Assembly: GCA_944372795.1 (NCBI GenBank)
Contig: CALWAF010000002.1
Location: 72,558-136,557 of the forward strand
Direction of reading: 5' to 3'
DNA: 64,000 nt
DNA from: an uncultured Clostridia bacterium
GTDB taxonomy: Bacteria > Bacillota > Clostridia > Christensenellales > CAG-917
The notes beneath the pieces are model-generated. The model did no database searches. It saw only the letters and a program-made list of their open reading frames with translations, and was not told the origin of the DNA. The position numbers and the translations under genes were made by a program. Positions 1 through 7,141 of this stretch are shown here, piece by piece; positions within the stretch are counted from its first letter, which is position 1, and each line of letters starts with the position of its first letter.

Positions 1-290
1 CACACATGTTCGCACACGCACACACTCACCCGCCTACGCATCCTCCCGCGCGCCCTCGGACTTATATGCCTACGTGTACGTCAGATACTTTTCAATTTTT
101 GTATAAAGCGCACACGCACGACGCACTACACACGCACATTTCATTCTGTCATTATGCCGCAGCGCATTGCTCGCGTGCATTTTATCGGTCATTACACCGC
201 AGCGTATTGCATGCTTGCATCGCGCGAAAAAATCTCACGCATTTCATTCACGTTTTATCCGTCATTTTGAAGCGCGTGATCGCACGCAAC

Positions 291-312
291 AAAAAAGAGC
301 CCTCTCGGGCTC
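291..312 (-). terminator. Rho-independent terminator downstream of the LacI-family gene
   Basis: The plus strand reads AAAAAA-GAGCCC-TCTC-GGGCTC. On the minus strand this is a 6-bp GC stem with a 4-nt loop followed by T6, about 60 nt after the stop at 373. Confidence 0.7.
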
Positions 313-372
313 CCGGAAATGCGCATTTAGGATTTGAATATTCGGGATCGGCGTACACTTATCCGGATCGGT

Positions 373-1368
373 TTAGTGCACCATGCTGGGCAAAACAACG
401 AGATTTTTTGTGAAATTGTGCTTGTGTCGAGGCAGTTTTCTGGAATAGAGATACTGCGCGATGAGGTCTATCGCCATTCTCCCCTGCTCGTAGGGCTGCT
501 GGGTGACAGCCGCCGCTACCAGCCCGTTCTTCATCCCGTCCACTACGGCTTTGGTCTCGTCCACTGCGAGCACGCGCACGCTCTTCCCGCTCTCTTCCAC
601 GGCGGCAAGCCCGCCCGTCGTGCCGCCCGCGCTGAAAAAGATGAGATCGGGCGAAAAGTCGCAAAGCACTTTCTTCACGATGTCATACGACAGCGAATCA
701 TCGTCATTATTCTCATATATTGCGATGTCACAGTGCATTTTTGCAATGCGCGACGAGAAACATTCCACGCGTTCGCGGTGTCCCAAAGTGTTCAGCGAGC
801 CCGTCACGATCGCCACTTTCTCTCCGCCCGAGAGCATCATCGCGGCAAGATCGCCGCACATATTCCCGCTTTCCACGTAGTTGCAGCCCACATATGCGAA
901 CTTTTTGTCGAGGTGCAGGTCGTTGTTGAACGTCACGATGTGGAGGGTGAGAGAGTTCAGCTTCTCGATGATGCGCGGAGTGTTGATGGGAGTGAGAGCC
1001 AGCACGTTCACGCCGCGCGCCGCCATTTCGTCGATGGCGGCAAGCTGTTCCTCTTCGTTGTAGCCGCGGATCTCTTTGTAGACGATCTCCAACCCGAAGT
1101 TTTCCCACCGTTTGAGACTGTCTTGGAAGCCCTGCTTCACACGGGCGAAGAAGGGGTTGCCGATGGAGTTGATGACCACACCCACCGCATACTTTTTTTG
1201 CGACATGGAAAGAGCGCGGGCGGAACCGTTGACTTCGTAGTCGTTCTCCCTGATTATCTCTTTTATGCGCTCTTCCAGCTCCTTGTTGACCTTGCCGCGT
1301 CCGTTGATGACCCGGTCCACGGTGCCTCTGGAAGTGCCCGCGAGTTTCGCGATCTCCGCAATCGTCAT
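373..1368 (-). CDS. LacI/GalR-family transcriptional regulator
   Basis: 331-aa ORF. The N-terminal HTH MTIAEIAKLAGTSRGTVDRVINGRG is typical of the LacI family and is followed by a sugar-binding (periplasmic-binding-protein-like) body. A GGGAGGA SD lies upstream of the ATG. Confidence 0.9.
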   Translation of the reverse strand: MTIAEIAKLAGTSRGTVDRVINGRGKVNKELEERIKEIIRENDYEVNGSARALSMSQKKYAVGVVINSIGNPFFARVKQGFQDSLKRWENFGLEIVYKEIRGYNEEEQLAAIDEMAARGVNVLALTPINTPRIIEKLNSLTLHIVTFNNDLHLDKKFAYVGCNYVESGNMCGDLAAMMLSGGEKVAIVTGSLNTLGHRERVECFSSRIAKMHCDIAIYENNDDDSLSYDIVKKVLCDFSPDLIFFSAGGTTGGLAAVEESGKSVRVLAVDETKAVVDGMKNGLVAAAVTQQPYEQGRMAIDLIAQYLYSRKLPRHKHNFTKNLVVLPSMVH

Positions 1369-1531
1369 CTGCCGCGCGTCCTCCCTTGCACAAAATCCTA
1401 GTTTATTGTAAACAGCGGATAAACGCTTGTCAATAGTGAGTTTGCGAATTTTGTCCGCGCTTATTCCCTCGCCCTCCCCTTTTCGCTCTCCGAAGTTGAC
1501 ACGAGGCGCGCGGTAAAGGTATTATGAATTT

Positions 1532-2821
1532 ATGGAAAACGATGCCGACAAGATCACAGCCGCTGCCGCGACCGACGCGGATCCGGATGTCGCCGCCGAC
1601 ACCTCTCCCGAGAGCACCGGCGTGCGATTCGCGCCCTCGGAGGAACGTCTTTTGAAACTCCGCGAACGCAACGTCAACCTCGACCTGCTCAAAGTCTTTG
1701 CGGTGCTGTTCATCGTCATACACCACCTCACCATCAACAACATAGGCGTTGACGGTGTGACGTTCTCCTTCATCGCGGACGGAGCCATCCCGGGCGGCGC
1801 TCTGACCACGGTGCTCGTCTCCGAGTTCATCGACGCCTTCGTCATCATCGGCGTCAACATCTTTTTCCTCATCTCGGGCTACTTCTCCATACACTTCAAG
1901 CTCTCCAAAGTGTTTTCGCTGCTCGTCAAGGTCTACGTCTATTTCTGCGTGGGCGAGCTCATCGCCTATCTCGCGGGGCTGACGTCCTTCGACTCTCCCG
2001 CAGACGCCGTGATAGAGTGCCTCACCGCTCCCGCGAAATATTGGTTCATCCTCGTTTACGTGGCGATAAGCGTCTTCGCACCCCTCTTCAACAAATTCGT
2101 GGAGTCGTTGAGCGCGAAAGGCGCCCGTTACTTCACGGTGGTGAGCCTTCTGCTCTTCTGCATCGTGGGTTTCGTCGCGGACTTTTTCGGCGAGTTCATC
2201 GGCACCAAAGAGGGTTACGCGCCGCTGTGGGGCTTCGTCGTATACATCTACGGCAGACTCATCGCCCGCTTCGGGTTCGGGCTAAAACGCAAGCCTTCCT
2301 TCTGGGCAGTGATGTACATCGTGTGCGCGCTGCTCAACTACGCCGTCGTAGCCGCCGTCACCGCAGCTGCAGGCGACGGCAAATGGGCGTGGCATCTGTA
2401 TAGCTACAACAATCCCCTCGTGCTCGCGGCATCCGTGGCGTTCTGCATGATATTCGTCACGGCAAAGCCCCTGCCCGCGGCAGGCAAAGCCGCAAAACTC
2501 ATCGTGACGCTTGCGGGGCGCTCTCTCGGCGTTTATCTTCTGCACAGCAACAACCCGCTCATCTCGCCGTACAGAGCTTTCCTCGTCGATCTCTGCGCGG
2601 CGGATACCCTGTGGCTGCAATACGTCCTGCTCCTGCCCGACGTCCTCATCCTGTTTGTGGCGCTGTCGGCTGCGGACTTCCTCTTTGACAAGATATCCAC
2701 CCGTCCGATCGCCGCTTTTGCGGGTCTGCTCTCCCGCGCGATAGAGCGCCTCTACGCCTTCATCCTGAAAATTGCGGGACGCCTGTTCGGCACGGACAAA
2801 GAGGAAACGCCCACCCCGTGA
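1532..2821 (+). CDS. Acyltransferase family 3 (OafA/YrhL-like) integral membrane protein
   Basis: 429-aa polytopic membrane ORF. The N-terminal LDLLKVFAVLFIVIHHL motif is characteristic of membrane acyltransferase_3 proteins. Confidence 0.7.
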   Translation: MENDADKITAAAATDADPDVAADTSPESTGVRFAPSEERLLKLRERNVNLDLLKVFAVLFIVIHHLTINNIGVDGVTFSFIADGAIPGGALTTVLVSEFIDAFVIIGVNIFFLISGYFSIHFKLSKVFSLLVKVYVYFCVGELIAYLAGLTSFDSPADAVIECLTAPAKYWFILVYVAISVFAPLFNKFVESLSAKGARYFTVVSLLLFCIVGFVADFFGEFIGTKEGYAPLWGFVVYIYGRLIARFGFGLKRKPSFWAVMYIVCALLNYAVVAAVTAAAGDGKWAWHLYSYNNPLVLAASVAFCMIFVTAKPLPAAGKAAKLIVTLAGRSLGVYLLHSNNPLISPYRAFLVDLCAADTLWLQYVLLLPDVLILFVALSAADFLFDKISTRPIAAFAGLLSRAIERLYAFILKIAGRLFGTDKEETPTP

Positions 2822-2860
2822 ACACATGGTGAAAAAGGCGGATTTTCGTCCGTGAAATAC

Positions 2861-2889
2861 TTGTCAAACTCGGAGGGATAATATATAAT
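2861..2889 (+). promoter_or_regulatory. Sigma-A-type promoter upstream of tRNA-Ser
   Basis: TTGTCA (2861-2866), a 17-nt spacer, then TATAAT (2884-2889), about 112 nt upstream of the tRNA. Confidence 0.55.
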
Positions 2890-3001
2890 CGTTTCGTTGG
2901 GTTTTCCGAGACGCTCTCTCTCGGAGCGACAGTTGGATCGAGCGGTCTTGTTTTCCGCCTCATCCAACTGCCACCCACTTAATTTATGTGCGCAAGCACG
3001 T

Positions 3002-3094
3002 GGAGGAGTCGCCTAGTTTGGTCGAGGGCGCACGACTGGAAATCGTGTAACCGTCAAAAGCGGTTCGAGGGTTCGAATCCCTCCTCCTCCGCCA
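3002..3094 (+). tRNA. tRNA-Ser (anticodon GGA), CCA encoded
   Basis: Hand-folded cloverleaf. The acceptor is GGAGGAG/CTCCTCC and the anticodon stem is CACGA/TCGTG with loop CUGGAAA (anticodon GGA). A long variable arm (ACCG..CGGT) is typical of Ser, and the T arm is GAGGG-TTCGAAT-CCCTC. The discriminator is G, followed by CCA. Confidence 0.93.
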
Positions 3095-3097
3095 GTA

Positions 3098-3135
3098 AGA
3101 ACCTAAATCGAACCCTCGGTTTAGGTTCTTTTTCT
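3098..3135 (+). terminator. Rho-independent terminator after tRNA-Ser
   Basis: Perfect 10-bp stem AGAACCTAAA/TTTAGGTTCT with a 12-nt loop, followed by TTTTTC. Confidence 0.85.
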
Positions 3136-3256
3136 TTATTCTTTTCCGCTTTTATTATTGCATATAACGTCGTCAAACCGCCTATATCGGCTTGTAGCCG
3201 TTTGTATTGAGTTATTTGGTCAATCGCATACAAGCGGACGGTTTATGCCGCGAAAG

Positions 3257-3379
3257 CCGCTTGACGTGAGAAAGGCGTATGGTAGGCTATTTGCCAACGG
3301 CAAACTAAAAGCCCCTTGGGGCGTTTGGTCTTGGCTCTTTGCCTGAATACCATACGCCGCAGAGGCTCGCGTCAAGCGG
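3257..3379. repeat. Large imperfect inverted repeat just 3' of the recombinase remnant
   Basis: The left arm is CCGCTTGACGTGAG-AAA-GGCGTATGGTA (3257-3284). The right arm (3348-3379) reads CCGCTTGACGCGAG-CCTCTGC-GGCGTATGGTA in reverse complement. The 63-nt interior (3285-3347) has two small hairpins, TTGCC-AAC-GGCAA and GCCCC-TT-GGGGC. Confidence 0.7.
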
Positions 3380-3403
3380 AACGTGGAATAAATAGTCCGC
3401 GCT

Positions 3404-4540
3404 TTATATGCGCATTATCAGTTGAAAGTCAATCATTCTCGGCTGCTTTACGTTCTGAATATATATCGGGTACGGCACGTTGTCCGTATAAAAGGAAAAG
3501 CCCTGACTTTCGTCAAGGCTTATCGTTCTCGGGGTGTTGTATACGATTATCATTTTATCGTCGAACAACTGTATTTCTTTTACAAGCAGATTTATCAGCA
3601 TTTTCGGTTCTTGCTCCAACGCGAATTTATAAAAGTCAGCAATTTCCTTTCTGTCGAGTTTGAACGCCGAATGAGATTGCTCTATGCGTATCTGTTTTTC
3701 GAGTTCCGCATTTTTCTCTTCGAGTTCTCGTAATCGTTTCATCGCCGTGTTGCTCGTGCCGCCGTTTTCGATAGCGGTCATAATATTGTTTATGGAGTTT
3801 TCCGTAGCGCGTTGTTCTTTAACTAATCTCGTCAATGCCGAATTGGCTTTTATGTAATCCTCCTGCATTGTCATTAGTTCGCTGACGATATAGTCCATAT
3901 TGTTGCTTAACTGCGTTATGATATTTTCAAGCACATAATTTTCAAGGACTTCCTTTCTTGCTTGGGACTTTTTACAGCCATTGCCGTTCTTACGCCCCAA
4001 ACACTTGTAATAGCGTTTTCGCTCGCCGTTCTTTGCCGTGCCGCACTCCGCGCTTACGGGACTGCCGCAATAGCCGCATTTCATTTTATGGCGCAATAAA
4101 TATACGACTTCGGTACTGCGTTTTCCGTAATGATTGCTGTCTATCTTTTTACGGACAATATCGTATGTTTCCTGCGGTACGATTTGCGGATAGATATTGG
4201 TGAACACTTCGCCGTTATATCTGTATATCCCTGCGTATTTTTCGTTTTTGAGTATGTTGTAAACGGTATTTCGGGCGAAAGGCTTGCCGCGATTATAAAT
4301 GCCTTTTACGGTCAACGCCTTTATAATATCTTTTACATACACACCTATTGCGTATTGCTCGAAAATATATTTCACCGTTTCGGCTTTATCTCCGTTTCGA
4401 CACTTGAAATTATACACTATTTTTCGCTTTGAGCGTGAGTAGGTGAAAGTATACTTTCCGTAGCAAAACCGACACTTTCCGATACTGAAAGTATACAAAC
4501 AGCGAAAAACCGCCGATATACGGATACCGACGGTATACAT
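3404..4540 (-). pseudogene. Large serine recombinase lacking its N-terminal catalytic (resolvase) domain
   Basis: The 378-aa ORF has a recombinase-domain-like segment (ETVKYIFEQYAIG..IIKALTVKGIYNRGKPFARNTVYNILKNEKYAGIYRY). It also has a zinc-ribbon (KCGYCGSPV..YYKC..NGCK) and a C-terminal coiled coil. No Ser-containing resolvase domain is present. An in-frame stop lies 4 codons upstream of the first Met, and only about 170 nt separate it from the next cassette. Confidence 0.7.
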
Positions 4541-4564
4541 TAGCGTTACAACTCAAATACAGCC

Positions 4565-4622
4565 GCACGGGAGATAAGGGCGGATCGCCAAGCAGTTCAG
4601 CGGCGACCGCCCGTTCCCGTGC
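4565..4622. repeat. GC-rich extended hairpin at the recombinase/cassette junction
   Basis: The outer arms are GCACGGGA (4565-4572) and TCCCGTGC (4615-4622). The inner arms are GGGCGGaTCGCC and GGCGACCGCCC. Confidence 0.65.
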
Positions 4623-4656
4623 GCTTTGAGTTTCGCTTTGTTCTGTTGTTTGTTAT

Positions 4657-4713
4657 GGCGGGTGCTTGAACGGCGAGGCGCAGCCGAGCCGCTCGTTTAT
4701 TCAAGCACCCGCC
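4657..4713. repeat. Hairpin with a perfect 14-bp stem at the junction
   Basis: GGCGGGTGCTTGAA (4657-4670) pairs with TTCAAGCACCCGCC (4700-4713) around a 29-nt GC-rich loop. Confidence 0.7.
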
Positions 4714-4766
4714 ACAGTGCCATTTGAAGTTTTTCAAGAATTCTACGTTCGCAAACTCAATAGCGG

Positions 4767-4795
4767 TTGAAAAATTTAGAAATTTATGCTATAAT
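4767..4795 (+). promoter_or_regulatory. Near-consensus sigma-A promoter of the island cassette
   Basis: TTGAAA (4767-4772), a 17-nt spacer, then TATAAT (4790-4795) with a TGc extended -10. It lies about 20 nt upstream of the GTGAGG SD and the ATG at 4817. Confidence 0.65.
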
Positions 4796-4816
4796 AATAA
4801 AAAAGTGAGGTTGATT

Positions 4817-5689
4817 ATGAAATCGTTTAGAGATTATAAAGCTGAAGAAAGAAGAAATTATATTACCTTATCATCAGGGGAGTATTATCCTGACATTTTG
4901 GTTGATGCATGTAAATTATATTCTCCTGTATTAACTATTTTTTCAGAATTATTGCATTCCTCCGAAAGTTCTATAGCCCTATTTAAAAACATTTGTAAGA
5001 CACCCACTCAATGGATGAGAATTCAACTTTGTAGAGTATTTAGAAAGTACTGCTCTCCTGAAACACCAGTTGAGATGCTTAAAAAATCTTCCCAAGTAAT
5101 CAAAATATGTAATGAGTTTGGTGAGGGATTTCGACCAATTAACATTATCCAAGAAAGATTTGATTCTCGTCCTTTCCCTGATGAAGCGTTATGTGCTGTT
5201 CTTTGGGAGTATAAAGACAGAGGGCAAAAGGGATACGATTTGACCGAAAAGTTTTTTGACATCATTGAGTCTACATTTTCAGATGTTATTATTTGGGGTC
5301 CCCGTCGTTCTGGCGCAGATATTCAACCAATATCGTTTTGGAAAGACTATCCTAATGCTCGTCGTCCGCTTGATTTTGTAATTTCATCTCCTGATAAATC
5401 TGTTATTTATGCCGTGGGTCTTGCGAGATATGATGGCGATAGAGGTGGTGCTCAAGAGGATGATAGAACTGGTGGATACAAAAACTGTGCAGACGAAATA
5501 CTAGACTATGTAAAAAGCCACAATCTTCACACAAAAGTCATATTTGTAAATGACGGTCCAGGATTGTTGTTAGGGTCTATGTGGGAAGACTACTCTATTA
5601 TCGAAGAAAGATACAAAGACGAGTGTATCGTGACAACATTAAGAATGATTCCAGAAAGGATTTCTAAAGAATGGTTACTTGGACGGTAA
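4817..5689 (+). CDS. Hypothetical 290-aa protein; candidate restriction endonuclease or effector partner of the downstream methyltransferase
   Basis: I chose the ATG at 4817, which has a GTGAGG SD and lies downstream of the promoter, rather than the track start at 4724. The ORF is AT-rich and ends 6 nt before the methyltransferase ATG. I could not assign any catalytic motif. Confidence 0.6.
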   Translation: MKSFRDYKAEERRNYITLSSGEYYPDILVDACKLYSPVLTIFSELLHSSESSIALFKNICKTPTQWMRIQLCRVFRKYCSPETPVEMLKKSSQVIKICNEFGEGFRPINIIQERFDSRPFPDEALCAVLWEYKDRGQKGYDLTEKFFDIIESTFSDVIIWGPRRSGADIQPISFWKDYPNARRPLDFVISSPDKSVIYAVGLARYDGDRGGAQEDDRTGGYKNCADEILDYVKSHNLHTKVIFVNDGPGLLLGSMWEDYSIIEERYKDECIVTTLRMIPERISKEWLLGR

Positions 5690-5695
5690 AACAAA

Positions 5696-6937
5696 ATGGC
5701 AACTGGGATACCTAAGAAAAAAAAATCTTCAAAAAATAGTATTATTGAATTAAAATATGATATAAAAATAAACAAAGAAGATTTATTGCAATCTCATTAT
5801 TCTTGCTATACCGATATTTGGAGGACTCAAGACAATGCATTCAATAAACTGTTTTATGGTGACAATTTAGATGTTCTTCTTTATTTGCTCAATAATGGCT
5901 ATAAAAATACTGTCAATTTGATTTACATAGATCCACCATATTCGACATCATCAGTGTTTGTAAATCGTGAGCAGAAAGTTGCCTACCATGATACTTTAGA
6001 TGGATATGATTATATTGAGTTTTTACGAAGGCGTTTCTTAATTATGTATGATTTGCTTTCTCAAACTGGCTCTTTTTATATTCATTTAGATGAGAGAATG
6101 GTTTTCCCTATAAAAATAATTTTAGATGAAATTTTTGGCGTTTGTAATTTTAGAGCATTCATTACACGAAAAAAATGTTCACCCAAAAATTCCACAAGAA
6201 CTACCTATGGGGATATTTCGGACTATATATTGTTTTACTCCAAAACGAAGAATTATGTGTGGAATAGACCATATGTAGCCTGGTCGAATGAAAAAATAAT
6301 AGAACAATACCCTTGTATTGATGAAGCCACTGGACGCCGATATAAAAAAGTTCCTATACATGCACCAGGGGTAAGAAATGGAGATACGGGAAAACCCTGG
6401 AGAGGTATGATGCCTCCACTTGGAAAACACTGGCAATATACACCTGAAAAATTAGATATGCTTGATGCTGCTGGTGAAATAGCGTGGAGTAAAAATGGAA
6501 ATCCCAGAAGGAAAGTCTTCTTTGATGGAAAACAAGGCATTCCAATGCAAAATATTTGGCTTGATTATCAGGATTTTGTTAACCAATCCCAGATTTCGAC
6601 TGGATATCCAACAGAAAAAAACATTGAAATGTTAAAAACAATTATTTCAGCATCTTCCAATAAAGGCGATATCGTACTTGATTGCTTTGCTGGAAGTGGA
6701 ACAACACTATCGGCGGCCGAGTTGCTTGAACGGCGTTGGATTGGCGTTGATAATAGTCAAGAAAGTATACAAACTATAATTTCACGTTTGCTATTTGAAG
6801 AGCAATCTTATGGGGATTATGTAATCAAACGACGTAGTAATTCTTGTAGCAGGAAACTTACGAAGTGTGCCTTTCAAATCTTTGCAATTGAGAAAGATAA
6901 AAACAATATTATTTCTTATTGCAACTTAAACAAATAA
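5696..6937 (+). CDS. Site-specific DNA methyltransferase, beta-class N6_N4 family (probably N6-adenine)
   Basis: 413-aa ORF. Motif IV LIYIDPPYSTSS precedes motif I VLDCFAGSGTT, which is the beta-class order. FYGDNLDVLLYL and DEIFGVCNFRAFI resemble Mod-like methylases. Confidence 0.88.
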   Translation: MATGIPKKKKSSKNSIIELKYDIKINKEDLLQSHYSCYTDIWRTQDNAFNKLFYGDNLDVLLYLLNNGYKNTVNLIYIDPPYSTSSVFVNREQKVAYHDTLDGYDYIEFLRRRFLIMYDLLSQTGSFYIHLDERMVFPIKIILDEIFGVCNFRAFITRKKCSPKNSTRTTYGDISDYILFYSKTKNYVWNRPYVAWSNEKIIEQYPCIDEATGRRYKKVPIHAPGVRNGDTGKPWRGMMPPLGKHWQYTPEKLDMLDAAGEIAWSKNGNPRRKVFFDGKQGIPMQNIWLDYQDFVNQSQISTGYPTEKNIEMLKTIISASSNKGDIVLDCFAGSGTTLSAAELLERRWIGVDNSQESIQTIISRLLFEEQSYGDYVIKRRSNSCSRKLTKCAFQIFAIEKDKNNIISYCNLNK

Positions 6938-6978
6938 CAATTCGATTTACGTTACTAACGCTCCGCCACAGCAGAAAA

Positions 6979-7011
6979 ATGCGAACCCCGAAAAGGGGTG
7001 CGCATTTTTTT
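6979..7011 (+). terminator. Rho-independent terminator of the cassette
   Basis: ATGCGAACCCC-GAAAA-GGGGTGCGCAT forms an 11-bp stem with one mismatch, followed by T7. Confidence 0.85.
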
Positions 7012-7141
7012 GTTGCAGCAGAGGCGGAGAAAAGGGACGAACCCTTGCGGCATAAAGTCAATTTGAGCAAAGACAAATTCCCGATATATGCATTCATAAA
7101 TGTGTGTGCAAACGACATGTTACCGCAGGGTTCGGCGGCTT

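Larger units (their letters stand above)
3136..7011. mobile_element. Degraded integrated island (recombinase remnant plus R-M-like cassette) adjacent to tRNA-Ser
   Basis: G+C drops abruptly: sampled 60-nt lines within 4.8-6.9 kb are about 20-40% G+C against about 60-67% in flanking genes. The region holds a serine recombinase remnant and a cassette with its own promoter and terminator. Boundaries are approximate, and the right edge may extend to about 7765. Confidence 0.6.

Noticed and set aside
334-1401. 355-aa plus-strand ORF covering the LacI locus
   Set aside because: It is antisense to a gene with a clear LacI HTH and sugar-binding body. The translation is R/H/V-rich with no motifs. This is a typical shadow ORF in high-GC DNA.
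1400-1470. cre or LacI-operator-like site (TGTAAACAGCGGATAAACGCTTGTCA) in the LacI/acyltransferase intergenic region
   Set aside because: It is only partially palindromic and fits the TGWAANCGNTNWCA consensus poorly at the conserved positions.
4724-4816. Track start (4724) for the first cassette ORF
   Set aside because: The near-consensus promoter (4767-4795) lies inside this extension. The ATG at 4817 has an SD, so the N-terminal 31 codons are probably not translated.
4817-6937. Classification as a Type III R-M system
   Set aside because: The Mod-like features of the methyltransferase suggested it, but there is no Res-type helicase or nuclease ORF. The partner is only 290 aa.
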